From the NCBI GenBank assembly GCA_902585605.1, contig CACIED010000001.1, positions 560,240 through 624,239 of the forward strand: a stretch of 64,000 nucleotides of DNA, in the 5' to 3' direction. Of the stretch, positions 20,743 to 31,977 are shown in pieces (within the stretch, counting starts at the first letter, position 1; each line of letters opens with the position of its first letter). A program made the position numbers and the translations under genes. The notes under the pieces were generated by a model. The model had not been told where the DNA came from. It made no database searches and saw only the letters and a list, made by a program, of their open reading frames with translations. The stretch comes from an uncultured Alphaproteobacteria bacterium (lineage in GTDB: Bacteria; Pseudomonadota; Alphaproteobacteria; HIMB59; GCA-002718135).

Positions 20743-21749
20743 TGAGTAAATTAAAAATTGCAGTTATTGGAACTGGTTTAGTTGGCACATTTCATGCAGA
20801 AGCTTTTTTTAGAAATCCTAATTCTGATCTTGTTGCTGTTTGCGATGTAGATAAAGAAAAGGTTAATTCTGTTGCACAATCATTTAATTGTAAAGCTTAT
20901 GAAGATTTTACAAAATTAATAAACACTGAAACACTAGATGCTATTAGTATTGCTACACCCGAACAAATAAGAATAGAGCCTGCTGTTATGTCAGTAAAAA
21001 AAGGTTTAAAAATTTTGCTAGAAAAACCTCTCGGTAGAAATTTGGAAAAAATACATGAGTTAGTCGATAAAATAAAAGATCATAACAAAATTATTTCTGT
21101 AAATTTTATTCTTCATGAAGATCCGAGATATAAATTAATGAAAGAAAAAGTTAAAAATGACGAAATTGGCAATATCGTATCTTGTTTTGCACGAAGAAGG
21201 GGTAACAGGTTTGGAATTGAAATTTATGCTCCATGGACTGACCTTTTATCTTCAACTTTAATTCATGATATTCAAATGACCATGTCAATTAATAAATCAA
21301 AGCCAGTTAGAGTTTTTGCTGAGGCAGTTATTAGAGAATGTAAGGAATATGATTCGCATGATGCTGTAATGGCAATCATGAAATTTGATGATGGAAGTTT
21401 GGCTTCCTTTGAAACATCTTGGGTATTGCCTAAAAATCAACCTGAGCCACTTGATCCAGCACTTCATGTTATAGGAGATAAAGGATCAATTATTATAGAA
21501 GGATCATCAATGGGTTTGCAGATGCAAACAGAAAAAAATTACATGAAGCCGGATATTGCTAATTGGCCAACTATAGACTCAAAAGTGGACGGGTGTTTAA
21601 AGAGGGGTTTAGATAAATTTATTGACGACTGCGTTTTTGATCAAAAACCAGCGGTAAATTTACAGGCTGCTTTAGAAGCAGAAAGAGTCGTATTTGCGAT
21701 GAAGGAATCAATTGCTAAAGGTATTCCAATCGATATTAATATATCGTAA
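20742..21749 (+). CDS. Gfo/Idh/MocA-family NAD(P)-dependent oxidoreductase
   Basis: IAVIGTGLVG Rossmann motif, ISIATP, LEKP and IHDI. Confidence 0.9.
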   Translation: MSKLKIAVIGTGLVGTFHAEAFFRNPNSDLVAVCDVDKEKVNSVAQSFNCKAYEDFTKLINTETLDAISIATPEQIRIEPAVMSVKKGLKILLEKPLGRNLEKIHELVDKIKDHNKIISVNFILHEDPRYKLMKEKVKNDEIGNIVSCFARRRGNRFGIEIYAPWTDLLSSTLIHDIQMTMSINKSKPVRVFAEAVIRECKEYDSHDAVMAIMKFDDGSLASFETSWVLPKNQPEPLDPALHVIGDKGSIIIEGSSMGLQMQTEKNYMKPDIANWPTIDSKVDGCLKRGLDKFIDDCVFDQKPAVNLQAALEAERVVFAMKESIAKGIPIDINIS

Positions 21750-21771
21750 ATTTTAAATTCTTTAAATTTTA

Positions 21772-22875
21772 ATGATAATTATATTAACACAATGTTTTCC
21801 ATCAAGAGTTGGAGGGATAGAAACCCTAATGTACAATATAGCATTGCACCTTAGTCGTTCTAAAGATGTAATTGTATTAGCAGATCAACAAAATTTTAAG
21901 GAAGATAATATTTTTGATCAAAATGAAATAAATTTTTCTACAAAAAGATTTCGAGGTATAAAGTTTTTCAGAAATAGAAAAAAATTTAATGAACTTAAAA
22001 AAATACATGGTTTATCAAAAATTGATGCAGTAATTAGTGATAGTTGGAAAAGCCTTGAAGTAACAATAGATTTTCTTAAAAAAAATAAAATACCAGTTAT
22101 CAGCTTAGCTCATGGTAATGAAATAATAATTAAAAATGATAAACATCATAAACGTGTAAAAAAAATATTAGAACATGCAAATGCAATAGTAGTAAATTCA
22201 AACTACACAAAAAATTTACTAAATAAAATAAGTAATAATTTTAAAAATGTTAAAATAATATACCCAGGTATTAATATTAAAAAAAATTATATTGAAGAAT
22301 ATATAAGTTTAAATCAAGGTTCGCCAAAATTACTTACTCTTGCAAGACTTGAAAAGAGAAAAGGTCATGCTTTAATTTTAAAATCTATAATGAACTTAAA
22401 AAAATATTTTCCTGATATTCAATACATAATTGCAGGTGAAGGCAAGGAACTAGATAGTATTAAAAATAAAATTAAAGAATATAATCTTCAAGATAATGTA
22501 AATTTAGTTGGCACCGTTAACGAAAATCAAAAAAATTATATATTCTCTAATACTGATTTAATGATCATGCCAACTCTAGATGAGAGTTCATCGAAATCTA
22601 TTGAAGGGTTTGGTATAGCCTACATAGAAGCAGCAAATTTTAAAATACCCTCAATAGCATCAGATATAGGGGGTACTCCTGAAGCTGTAATACACAATAA
22701 AACAGGTTTAATAATAAAAGATATTGATGAATTAGATGAAGCAATAAAAAACTTGATAGATAATAATGAAGACAGATTAACGCTTGGTCAAAATGCTAAA
22801 ATTAGAGCAGAAAATGAACTTAACTGGGATATTCAAATAAAAAAATACAATGATTTAATTAAAGAAATTCAATGA
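21772..22875 (+). CDS. Glycosyltransferase family 4
   Basis: FPSRVGGIE, ARLEKRKG and EGFGIAYIEA (ExFG...E). Confidence 0.88.
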   Translation: MIIILTQCFPSRVGGIETLMYNIALHLSRSKDVIVLADQQNFKEDNIFDQNEINFSTKRFRGIKFFRNRKKFNELKKIHGLSKIDAVISDSWKSLEVTIDFLKKNKIPVISLAHGNEIIIKNDKHHKRVKKILEHANAIVVNSNYTKNLLNKISNNFKNVKIIYPGINIKKNYIEEYISLNQGSPKLLTLARLEKRKGHALILKSIMNLKKYFPDIQYIIAGEGKELDSIKNKIKEYNLQDNVNLVGTVNENQKNYIFSNTDLMIMPTLDESSSKSIEGFGIAYIEAANFKIPSIASDIGGTPEAVIHNKTGLIIKDIDELDEAIKNLIDNNEDRLTLGQNAKIRAENELNWDIQIKKYNDLIKEIQ

Positions 22876-23804
22876 CAATATTATTTCATAATACAACATT
22901 TGATAAGATAGATGTTTGGAAAAAAACAATAAAAAAATATTTTAAAAACGAAAAAATAATTTCTATAAAAGATTATAAAAAATTTAATGATGTAAACTGT
23001 GCAATAATTTGGAATCTACCAGATGATATTCTTTCAAGACTAAAAAATCTCAAAGTCATTTTTTCTATGGGTGCTGGTGTAGATCACATTTTAAAACTAA
23101 AAAATTATAATAAGAAAATTCCTATAATCAGAATAAAAGATGAAGAAATGGGGGAGAGAATTGCCAATTATTCTCTAGCTCAAATACTAAATTATCAATT
23201 AAATTTTAAAATTTTTCAAAATTCTCAAATTAAACATTACTGGTCTGGCGAAAGAACACCAATTGATAATAAAAATTTAACAGTAGGTATTTTAGGTCTA
23301 GGCTTTCTTGGTAATCATATTGCAAGATTACTAAATAAATTAAATTATAATGTTATTGCATGTAAAAAAAATCAAACAAAAGTAAAAAACATAAAAATAT
23401 ATACTGGTAAAAATATTATAAGTTTTATTAAAAGCTCTGATGTTGTTGTTTCTATTTTACCATCAACACCTCAAACAAATAATATAATAAATAGAAAGTT
23501 TTTAAAGAATATGAAAAAAAATTCTTGCTTAATAAATATAGGTAGAGGCAATGCAATTGAAGAGAAAGACCTTCTAAATCATTTAAAGAAAAACAAAAAT
23601 TTTTATGCTTATTTGGATGTCTTTAAAAATGAACCTTTAAAATCAAGTAGTCAATTTTGGAAATTACCAAATGTAACAATTACACCACATGTAGCAGGTG
23701 TAACAGCTATAGAGCCATCTGTTAAATACATGTATTCCAAATATAAAAAACTAAGAAAAAATAAAAATGTAAAATCAGATGTTAATCCATCTAATGGATA
23801 TTAA
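22872..23804 (+). CDS. ghrA: Glyoxylate/hydroxypyruvate reductase A (D-2-hydroxyacid dehydrogenase)
   Basis: MGAGVDH, GLGFLG, NIGRG, LDVF..EPL and TPHVAG. Confidence 0.8.
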   Translation: MTILFHNTTFDKIDVWKKTIKKYFKNEKIISIKDYKKFNDVNCAIIWNLPDDILSRLKNLKVIFSMGAGVDHILKLKNYNKKIPIIRIKDEEMGERIANYSLAQILNYQLNFKIFQNSQIKHYWSGERTPIDNKNLTVGILGLGFLGNHIARLLNKLNYNVIACKKNQTKVKNIKIYTGKNIISFIKSSDVVVSILPSTPQTNNIINRKFLKNMKKNSCLINIGRGNAIEEKDLLNHLKKNKNFYAYLDVFKNEPLKSSSQFWKLPNVTITPHVAGVTAIEPSVKYMYSKYKKLRKNKNVKSDVNPSNGY

Positions 23805-24979
23805 TTGACATCAAAATAATTTTCTAAAATTCTAAAATAAATATTTTCTAATTTAATAATATCTTCAACAAAAACAAATTCATCTACTTTATGAAGAGTT
23901 TGATTTCTAAGACCTAACTCTACTACTTCACAATAGTTCTTTATATATCTTGCATCAGAAGTGCCACCATCGGTTGCTTGCTCAGGTGGGCTATTTCTGC
24001 CTGTGACATCAGAAATTGATTTTGAAATAATATTATATAAATCACCGGCTTTATTCAAAAATGATTCAGCTGTTGCATCATATGTGTAAGTGCAACTAGC
24101 GTTTTCCAGTTTAGAGAAAATCTTTTCTATTTTATTATCAATCCATTTTATAAGTGAGTCAGATGAGTGCATATCATTAAATCTAATATTAACTGTTGCT
24201 CTAGCTAATTCTGGAATTACGTTTTGAACAGGATTGCCAATATCAATAGTAGCGATTTGAACTGATGTTGGTAAAAAATTTTCATTGCCTTCATCTAGCG
24301 ACTCTTCTAATATACTATTTAATAAATTCACTAAGTGATGTGAAGAATTTTCAGCTAAATGAGAATTCGCCGTATGTCCTTGAATACCTTTTACCTGAAA
24401 AAAGAAACTAACTGATCCTCTTCTTCCAATTTTTACTTTATCGCCGACCTCATTTTTTGAAGTTGGTTCACCAACAAGACAATGATCAAATTTATAATTT
24501 TGTTTACTTGCCCATTCTAGAATTCTTGGTGTGCCGTTTACAGAATCTCTTTCTTCATCTCCTGTAATAATAAATGAAATCTTACCTGGAATATTTTTAT
24601 ATTTATCTACAAATCTTTTAGCGGCACTAATGAAACAAGCAACACTGCTTTTCATATCTTCACTACCTCTTCCATATAGTTTACCTTCGTCTATTTTTGC
24701 TAAAAAAGGTGGGTATTTCCAAGAACTTTCATTTCCTACTGGAACTACATCTGTGTGACCAGCATAAGCAAAATGCTTTCCCTCATTGCCTATCGTTGCA
24801 AATAAATTTTTTACTTCATAAGAATTGTTTCCAGAGAAAGTTAATGGATGACAGTCACATCCTATAGCACTTAGATGATTTTCAACGACTGTTAAAGCGC
24901 CCTCATCTTTTGGAGTTACACTTGCACATTTAACTAAGGATTGTGTAAGAGTAACTGGATCAAAATTAATTTCTGACAT
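23801..24979 (-). CDS. dapE: Succinyl-diaminopimelate desuccinylase
   Basis: GHTDVVP, GRGSEDMK, GDEE, GEPT, GRRGS and GGTSDAR. Confidence 0.95.
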   Translation of the reverse strand: MSEINFDPVTLTQSLVKCASVTPKDEGALTVVENHLSAIGCDCHPLTFSGNNSYEVKNLFATIGNEGKHFAYAGHTDVVPVGNESSWKYPPFLAKIDEGKLYGRGSEDMKSSVACFISAAKRFVDKYKNIPGKISFIITGDEERDSVNGTPRILEWASKQNYKFDHCLVGEPTSKNEVGDKVKIGRRGSVSFFFQVKGIQGHTANSHLAENSSHHLVNLLNSILEESLDEGNENFLPTSVQIATIDIGNPVQNVIPELARATVNIRFNDMHSSDSLIKWIDNKIEKIFSKLENASCTYTYDATAESFLNKAGDLYNIISKSISDVTGRNSPPEQATDGGTSDARYIKNYCEVVELGLRNQTLHKVDEFVFVEDIIKLENIYFRILENYFDVN

Positions 24980-25803
24980 TAATCTCTTAAAAGATCATTG
25001 ATTGATGTTTTGCTTCTAGTTTTTTCATCAACTCTTTTAACAATAACAGCACAGTATAAAGAAGGATTAATATCCCCTTGTTTTTTTCCTGGTAATGTTC
25101 CTGGTACTACAACTGAATACGCTGGAACTTTTCCCATATGAATTTCTCCAGTTGATCGATCGACTATTTTTGTAGACGCTCCAATAAATACACCCATTGA
25201 TAAAACCGCACCTTCACCAATAATAACACCTTCAGCCACTTCACTTCTTGCTCCAATAAAACAATTGTCTTCAATAATTACTGGATTTGCTTGGAGAGGT
25301 TCAAGTACACCGCCAATACCAGCGCCTCCAGAAATATGACAGTTTTTACCTATTTGCGCACACGATCCAACTGTTGCCCAAGTATCAATCATTGTTCCTT
25401 CATCAACATATGCACCAAGATTTACAAAGGAAGGCATTAAAACAACACCTTTAGCAATAAATGCAGATTTTCTTACAACTGCGTCTGGTACATATCGAAA
25501 TCCTGCATTTAGATGATCATCTTTAGTCCAACTTGCAGTTTTACTTTCTACTTTGTCAAACCAAGTGGCATGCGATGCTTTAATTATTTCATTATCATTT
25601 AATCTGAAACTTAAAAGAATTGCCTTTTTAATCCATTGATTAACTTGCCATTCATTATTAATTTTTTCACAAACCCTTAAGCTTCCACTATCAAGTTTGT
25701 TTAAAGTTTCATCTACTGCATTTCTAATATCACCTACAGTATTGACATTAATATTATCTCTATCCTCAAAGGCATCATTTATAATTTTTTCGAGATCACT
25801 CAT
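24979..25803 (-). CDS. dapD: Tetrahydrodipicolinate N-succinyltransferase
   Basis: [15 protein letters not shown], hexapeptide repeats and [12 protein letters not shown]. Confidence 0.96.
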   Translation of the reverse strand: MSDLEKIINDAFEDRDNINVNTVGDIRNAVDETLNKLDSGSLRVCEKINNEWQVNQWIKKAILLSFRLNDNEIIKASHATWFDKVESKTASWTKDDHLNAGFRYVPDAVVRKSAFIAKGVVLMPSFVNLGAYVDEGTMIDTWATVGSCAQIGKNCHISGGAGIGGVLEPLQANPVIIEDNCFIGARSEVAEGVIIGEGAVLSMGVFIGASTKIVDRSTGEIHMGKVPAYSVVVPGTLPGKKQGDINPSLYCAVIVKRVDEKTRSKTSINDLLRD

Positions 25804-26474
25804 ATTTTACCCTCATTTACATCTTTTAAAAATAAACTCAAATCTCTTGTTTGAAAATCTAAATATTCTTTAGATGCTTCAATATCATCGGAAAAATTCT
25901 CATAACCAGCATCAACCCAGACAGGTGTAAAACCAACTTTTTTTGCTGGAACTAAATTTTTTGCAATATCATCAAACATTGCTGATTTATTTGGTTCGAT
26001 ATTAAATAAGTCGATAATTTTTTCATAGGGAGAAATTTCTGGCTTAGGAATATAATCAGCCATTTTAATATCATATATTTCATCAAAAAAATTTGTTAGA
26101 TTTATTTTTTCTAATACATCTAAGACATGTTGCTTATTTGCATTTGTATAAATAATTTTTCTTCCCTCAAGTTTATATAATTCATCATTAAGATTTTGAT
26201 TTGGACCAACAATTGAGTAATCTAACTTATGAACTTCTTCTAAAAAATAATCAGGATCTACGCCATGATTATCCATCATACCTCTTAGAGTTGTGCCATG
26301 TTGCTTGTAATATTTTGCTTGTAGTTTTTTTGCTTCAGCTAATTCCATATTTAAATTTTTAGCTACAAATTCACCCATTAACTTATGTACTTGCTGAAAA
26401 ATTCCACTGTCTGCAGAGTAAAGTGTGTTGTCTAGATCAAATATCCAGGTATTGATGTTATTTTTAAAGCTCAT
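25800..26474 (-). CDS. Pyrimidine 5'-nucleotidase (HAD superfamily)
   Basis: [21 protein letters not shown] and FDD.AKNL. Confidence 0.85.
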   Translation of the reverse strand: MSFKNNINTWIFDLDNTLYSADSGIFQQVHKLMGEFVAKNLNMELAEAKKLQAKYYKQHGTTLRGMMDNHGVDPDYFLEEVHKLDYSIVGPNQNLNDELYKLEGRKIIYTNANKQHVLDVLEKINLTNFFDEIYDIKMADYIPKPEISPYEKIIDLFNIEPNKSAMFDDIAKNLVPAKKVGFTPVWVDAGYENFSDDIEASKEYLDFQTRDLSLFLKDVNEGKI

Positions 26475-27386
26475 TTAATTACTTGTTATTTGTGTACCAA
26501 TTCCATGTTCAGTGAATAACTCTAATATTACTGAATGAGGAATTCTTCCATCTAAAATAGTAGATTTTTTAACACCTTTTTTCATTGCATCAATACATGT
26601 ATTAATTTTCGGCTTCATACCTCCAGAAATATATTCTTTATTAGCAATATTTTTAGCTTCTTCTAAAGTTATTGATGATATTAATTTTTCATCTTTGTCT
26701 AAAATTCCAGGTACATCGGTTAGTAATAATAATTTACTTGCCTGTAACTCACCTGCTATAAAACCCGCAACAGTGTCAGCATTAATATTATATGTAAAAT
26801 TATTTTCATCCTTACCTAAAGGAGATATGACAGGTATTTGACCATTTTTTATAAAGCTAGTTAGCATATCTTTGTTTAATTTTTTTGGTTGTCCAACAAA
26901 ACCAATATCAACTATTTTTTCAATATTTGAATCACTATCTTTAATTTCCACGTTCAATTTAGTTGCAGTGACTAAGTTATCATTACCAGATACTCCTATC
27001 GCTTTTCCTCCTGAGGCACTTATAGATTCTACTATTTCTGAATTGATATCCTTAGATAATACTTCTTCAACTACCTTAATTGTTTCTTTATCAGTAACTC
27101 GTAATCCTTCAACAAATTGTGTTGATATATTTTTTGATTTAAGTCTCTCGCCAATTTGAGGTCCTCCACCATGAATAATAATTGGTGACACACCTACTTC
27201 TTTTAATAATCCAATATCTCTTGAAAAACTCTCAGACAGTTTTTTATCTCCCATTGCATGTCCACCGTATTTTATTACAATGGTATCACCACTATGTTCT
27301 CGAATGTATGGAAGAGCTTCAACTAAGGTTGAAGCTTTATGTATAAAATAAGCCTGATCACTCTCTGATAAAAAATCAAATTTCAT
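26475..27386 (-). CDS. argB: Acetylglutamate kinase
   Basis: VIKYGGHAM, HGGGPQI, NINAD and GGMKPK. Confidence 0.95.
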   Translation of the reverse strand: MKFDFLSESDQAYFIHKASTLVEALPYIREHSGDTIVIKYGGHAMGDKKLSESFSRDIGLLKEVGVSPIIIHGGGPQIGERLKSKNISTQFVEGLRVTDKETIKVVEEVLSKDINSEIVESISASGGKAIGVSGNDNLVTATKLNVEIKDSDSNIEKIVDIGFVGQPKKLNKDMLTSFIKNGQIPVISPLGKDENNFTYNINADTVAGFIAGELQASKLLLLTDVPGILDKDEKLISSITLEEAKNIANKEYISGGMKPKINTCIDAMKKGVKKSTILDGRIPHSVILELFTEHGIGTQITSN

Positions 27387-27394
27387 ATTTATTG

Positions 27395-28009
27395 CTATAA
27401 CCCGTATATAGATCTTTGAATCTCTGTAATACCATTATTTTTTTTGGTCTCAGATTGATATATTTTCGTAAATGATTTTTTATAATTTTGCATTAAACTT
27501 AAAATTGATTTTTTTTGATATTCTAAATGGTTATTAGATATTTTATCTATTTTAGTTAAAATTATGGAAAATTTTCTTGAGCAATCGCTCAATAAATCCA
27601 ACATATCAATATCAGAATTTTTGATACCAACTTTTGAGTCAATTAGTAAAAAAACATGATCAAGTGTATCTCTATTTTCTATATATTCTTCAATCAAGAT
27701 CATTAAGTTTTCTCGTGCAACTTTTGATACTTTGGCAAAACCATAACCGGGTAAATCAATCATATTTATTTTTTCACTAATTAAAAAAACATTTATAGCC
27801 TGTGTTCTTCCTGGAGTTTTACTAGTTTTTGCTAGTTTTTTTGTTTTAGTTAATGAATTTATTAAACTAGATTTTCCAACATTAGATCTACCTATAAAAC
27901 AACATTCTTTTTTTATATCTGAATAAGGAATGTCTTTAAATGACTGAAAGGAACCTAAAAACTTATTATTATTAAAAAAGTTATTTAAATTTTTATTTAA
28001 GCTAGCCAT
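27395..28009 (-). CDS. engB: Ribosome biogenesis GTPase YihA/EngB
   Basis: GRSNVGKSS, PGRT, DLPGYG and TKID. Confidence 0.93.
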   Translation of the reverse strand: MASLNKNLNNFFNNNKFLGSFQSFKDIPYSDIKKECCFIGRSNVGKSSLINSLTKTKKLAKTSKTPGRTQAINVFLISEKINMIDLPGYGFAKVSKVARENLMILIEEYIENRDTLDHVFLLIDSKVGIKNSDIDMLDLLSDCSRKFSIILTKIDKISNNHLEYQKKSILSLMQNYKKSFTKIYQSETKKNNGITEIQRSIYGL

Positions 28010-29729
28010 TTTTGGCTAAAATTCTTCTTTGAATATACCATTGCTGCGCAATTGATAAAATATTGTTCACTGACCAATATAAAACTAAACCAGCTGCAAA
28101 ACCAGCTAGTACAAAAGTAAATACAAATGGAAGTAATGCAAAAATTCTAGCCTGTGTTGGATCAGCGGGAGCAGGATTTAGTTTTTGTTGTAACCACATA
28201 GTGAACCCCATAATGATAGGAAGAATACCAATATCAATTATTGAAAGTATAGGTGGCACATCCCAAGGAACTAATCCAAATATTGTCATTAAGCCTAATG
28301 GGTCTGGCGCAGATAGATCATGAATCCATCCATAAAAAGGAGCGTGATACATCTCTATCGTAACAAACAACACTTTATACAAAGAGAAGAAAATTGGTAT
28401 TTGTACTAAAATTGGTAGACAACCCGCAACAGGATTAGCTCCCTCTCTTTTATACAAGGCCATTAGTTCTTGCTGCATTTTTTGTCTGTCATTTGGATAT
28501 GTTTCTTTTAATCTTTGCATATCAGGCTGAAGTTTTTTCATCTTTGCCATAGATTTAAAAGATGCTTGTGCCAGTGGGAATAAAATTAAACGCATTAAAA
28601 TGGTAAAGGCAATTATTGCTAGACCAAAATTACCTGCATAACCAAAAAACCAATTAATGGCATATGAAACAGGTTTAGTTAAAAAACTAAACCAGCCCCA
28701 GTCAATTGCATCAGTAAATCTTGGTATAGAGAGATTTTCATCATAAGCACTTAAGACATTTAATTTTTTTGCACCCACAAATAATTTTCCACCGTAAGAT
28801 ATATTTTCACCCGAGTTAATTTTATATATCTGACCAACATAACCTGCCCTATAGCTATCACGTCCATTATTTCCGTATCTATAATTGACGTTAATGGATT
28901 GGTCAGCATCAGGAATTAAAGCAGACATCCAATATTTGTCTGTAAAACCTAACCAACCTCCTTGTGTTTTATTATCGCAAAACTCTTTTTTTGTTTGCAT
29001 TGATGAATTACAATCATCGGAAATATCATCATAATTTTTTTCCAATAATTCGTCGTTTATTAGACTAATTAAACCCTCGTGAAGTATAAAAAAATTAATT
29101 GTATCTGGTGTGTTTATTCTTTTGATTAATCTGTATGGAAAAACTTCAATATCTTCACCACTGTTATTTTCTATTTCCTGTGTAATTGTAAACATATACT
29201 CATCATCAACTTGATAGTTGATTTTGAAAGTTATATTTTTATTATTCGTCCAACTAAGTGTAACAGGGCTTGAGGGGCTTAGAGTGGTAGAGTTAGTTTT
29301 CCAATTTGTTTCTAAATTAGGTAATTCAATGTTAGAATTTTTTAGCTCTTTCCAACCTGTTTCAATATAATATGGATTAGCAGTCCCATCCGGTAACAAA
29401 AGCTGTATATTATTCGAATCAGGTTCTAAGCTAGTTTTATATTTTGATAATATGAGGTCATCTAAAATTGCTCCTTTTAAATTTATAGAACCTTTAATAG
29501 ATGCATTTTCAAAAATAACTCTGTCGGTTTGAATTAAAGCTTCATCTCTACTTTGTATTTCTGAAACAACTTGGCTGCTTTGTCCGTCAATGGATGTTGC
29601 AGGCTCTAATACTTCATCTTCTTCAAAGGATGTTGTTTGAATTGGTTGAGTTGGAAATAATAATTGAAAAAAAATAATTATCGCAATTGAAATACCAATA
29701 GCCAAATATAAATTTCTTTGCTCGTTCAT
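28002..29729 (-). CDS. yidC: Membrane protein insertase YidC
   Basis: [23 protein letters not shown] and GLVLYW. Confidence 0.96.
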   Translation of the reverse strand: MNEQRNLYLAIGISIAIIIFFQLLFPTQPIQTTSFEEDEVLEPATSIDGQSSQVVSEIQSRDEALIQTDRVIFENASIKGSINLKGAILDDLILSKYKTSLEPDSNNIQLLLPDGTANPYYIETGWKELKNSNIELPNLETNWKTNSTTLSPSSPVTLSWTNNKNITFKINYQVDDEYMFTITQEIENNSGEDIEVFPYRLIKRINTPDTINFFILHEGLISLINDELLEKNYDDISDDCNSSMQTKKEFCDNKTQGGWLGFTDKYWMSALIPDADQSINVNYRYGNNGRDSYRAGYVGQIYKINSGENISYGGKLFVGAKKLNVLSAYDENLSIPRFTDAIDWGWFSFLTKPVSYAINWFFGYAGNFGLAIIAFTILMRLILFPLAQASFKSMAKMKKLQPDMQRLKETYPNDRQKMQQELMALYKREGANPVAGCLPILVQIPIFFSLYKVLFVTIEMYHAPFYGWIHDLSAPDPLGLMTIFGLVPWDVPPILSIIDIGILPIIMGFTMWLQQKLNPAPADPTQARIFALLPFVFTFVLAGFAAGLVLYWSVNNILSIAQQWYIQRRILAKNG

Positions 29730-29971
29730 TTATTTAACTCAGATTTTTTTGGTACTGGATCAAATCCGTGGGAACCCCAGGGATGACATTTTGAAACTCT
29801 TTTCACCGATAAAATTGATCCTTTAAATAACCCATGTTCCTTTAATGCTTTAATAGAATACTCAGAGCAGGTTGGTAAATACCGACAATTCTGCCCAAGT
29901 ATTGGGGAAATCAATAACTGGTATAATCTAATTATTATGATTAAAGGTAATGAAATATATTTACTAACCAT
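29726..29971 (-). CDS. yidD: Membrane protein insertion efficiency factor YidD
   Basis: [17 protein letters not shown] and KCHPWG. Confidence 0.93.
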   Translation of the reverse strand: MVSKYISLPLIIIIRLYQLLISPILGQNCRYLPTCSEYSIKALKEHGLFKGSILSVKRVSKCHPWGSHGFDPVPKKSELNK

Positions 29972-30293
29972 TTATCTTTCCCTTAAGTTCTAATAAAAGT
30001 TTATCAAATTTCTCTTCGAGCAATGACGTTTTAGCTATTAACACATAATATGAATTAATTTTACCATTAATAATAATTTTTCTAGCTAATTCTCTCATTA
30101 TTCTCTTTGCTCTATTTCTTTTTACTGCGTTGCCAATTTTTTTGGAAGCTGTGTATCCTACACCTATAGAATTTTCTAGATCTTGATTGTGTAAAATTTG
30201 GATATTCATATTTTTACCTTTTATAAATTCTCCCTGGTTTCGTATCATAACGAAAGTCGATCTTTTCTTAATTGTAAATAATGTTTGGGCCAT
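29964..30293 (-). CDS. rnpA: Ribonuclease P protein component
   Basis: [17 protein letters not shown] motif; rpmH-rnpA-yidD-yidC synteny. Confidence 0.92.
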   Translation of the reverse strand: MAQTLFTIKKRSTFVMIRNQGEFIKGKNMNIQILHNQDLENSIGVGYTASKKIGNAVKRNRAKRIMRELARKIIINGKINSYYVLIAKTSLLEEKFDKLLLELKGKING

Positions 30294-30302
30294 TTGGCCT
30301 TT

Positions 30303-30437
30303 TTAAGCGCTTAATTGAGCTCTTCCTTTTGCACGTCTTCTATTAATGATTTGACGACCTGCTTTAGTTGCCATTCTAGCCCTAAAACCGTGTCTTCTTT
30401 TTCTAATTACTCTACTAGGTTGGTAAGTGCGTTTCAT
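30303..30437 (-). CDS. rpmH: 50S ribosomal protein L34 (absent from the ORF track)
   Basis: Manual translation [44 protein letters not shown]. Confidence 0.97.
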   Translation of the reverse strand: MKRTYQPSRVIRKRRHGFRARMATKAGRQIINRRRAKGRAQLSA

Positions 30438-30500
30438 AATAAATCTCTGGGCCTAATACGAATTCATTATATATAAGTCAAATATTTACTTATGTAATCG

Positions 30501-31331
30501 ATGAAAATTTTCAAAAAAGCTAGTGAATTAGAGCCAAATTTAGTTTCAATCAAAGACAAGGGTCAGTCTATTGGTTTAGTTTTAACAATGGGAAACTTAC
30601 ACGATGGACATTTATCTCTCATTAGAGAAGCACAATTACATAACGAATTTGTGATTTGTTCAATATTTATTAATCCTACTCAATTTAACAATGAAAATGA
30701 TTTCAATTCTTATCCAAAGACAATTGATGAAGATATTTCTAAATTAGAAAATATTGGTTGTAATGCACTCTTCTTACCTGACATTCAAGAGATATACCCT
30801 AAAGGATTGGCAAAGAAAAAAATTGTAAACAATTTTAGAAATATTTTATGTGATAAATTTCGACCTGGCCATTTTGATGGAGTTACTACTGTTGTGGATC
30901 TTTTTTTTAATATGATTAAACCAACGAATAGTTATTTTGGTGAGAAGGATTTTCAGCAAGTAAAAATAATACAAGATTTAGTAAAAATTAATCATCACAA
31001 TATTAAAATAATTCAATGCCCATCTGTACGAGATAAAACAGGTATGAGTTTATCTTCAAGGAACTCTAAATTTTCTAATGATCAATTAAAAATTTTTGAT
31101 GTATTAGGAAATAAAATTAAAGAACATATTAATCTGTTAAAACAAAATGAAATTAATAATTTAGATCAATTAAAAATAGAGTTTCTTCAAAATAATATAA
31201 ATAAAATTGACTATTTAGAGATAAGAAATGAAAATAATTTAGAAATAACAAAAAATTATTCTGAAGCTAGATTATTTATTGCTTTATATATTGGTGAAAT
31301 TAGAATTATTGATAATTTTAAATTATATTAA
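30501..31331 (+). CDS. panC: Pantoate--beta-alanine ligase
   Basis: TMGNLHDGH, SIFINPTQF, RPGHFDGV, FGEKD and LSSRN. Confidence 0.93.
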   Translation: MKIFKKASELEPNLVSIKDKGQSIGLVLTMGNLHDGHLSLIREAQLHNEFVICSIFINPTQFNNENDFNSYPKTIDEDISKLENIGCNALFLPDIQEIYPKGLAKKKIVNNFRNILCDKFRPGHFDGVTTVVDLFFNMIKPTNSYFGEKDFQQVKIIQDLVKINHHNIKIIQCPSVRDKTGMSLSSRNSKFSNDQLKIFDVLGNKIKEHINLLKQNEINNLDQLKIEFLQNNINKIDYLEIRNENNLEITKNYSEARLFIALYIGEIRIIDNFKLY

Positions 31332-31936
31332 GGTATTAACCAATTATATTCTGGTTCATTATTTTTAAATGTTAATTTTAATCTACGATGACCTGAAATT
31401 TCTAAATAAAGCCAATCAATTTCATTAATTTTATTTTCAACTACTGTAAAATTTTTATATCCTTTTTCACTTTCTTCATGACTTGGTTCCTTTCCGGTTA
31501 AGTGTTCAGGGATACCATCTTCTGGAAATTCAGTGATTGAGCTTGGATCTTTCAATGTTAAGTAACATTTTCTACTAAACAATCTTGTTTTGTCCCACAT
31601 TTCTTTAGCTTTATCATTTTGATTATTAACCAAAGACGTTGTTTTGATTCGCATTTGAATTTTTAATTTATGATCATAAAAAACAAATTGAGAACTACTA
31701 TTTTTTTTTAAATTAGGAACCTTCGGAGATCTAAAGTCTGTGTGAAAATTTAGTGTCATGCTACTGGGATCAAATTTTCTTAAGACTACAACTCTAGAAT
31801 CTATTCCACCTTCACTATCAATATTACTAAAGACTGGCGTATGAAATGCGTGTTTTCTATCTTTAACTCCTCTAGTTAAATTTTTCTTTATATCCTCAAA
31901 TATTTCTGCAGCATTTTCTTTTGAAGAAGTCGACAT
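31328..31936 (-). CDS. Pyridoxamine 5'-phosphate oxidase-like FMN-binding protein
   Basis: HAFHTP, RVVVLR, FHTDFRSPK, QMR and LEISGHRR. Confidence 0.78.
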   Translation of the reverse strand: MSTSSKENAAEIFEDIKKNLTRGVKDRKHAFHTPVFSNIDSEGGIDSRVVVLRKFDPSSMTLNFHTDFRSPKVPNLKKNSSSQFVFYDHKLKIQMRIKTTSLVNNQNDKAKEMWDKTRLFSRKCYLTLKDPSSITEFPEDGIPEHLTGKEPSHEESEKGYKNFTVVENKINEIDWLYLEISGHRRLKLTFKNNEPEYNWLIP

Positions 31937-31977
31937 TGTTATTGTAATATAAATTGTTTTGAAGAAATAGCTAGATA

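Noticed and set aside
14700-21770. Mobile element or prophage boundaries around the catabolic operon
   Set aside because: No integrase, transposase, tRNA target or flanking direct repeats are visible.
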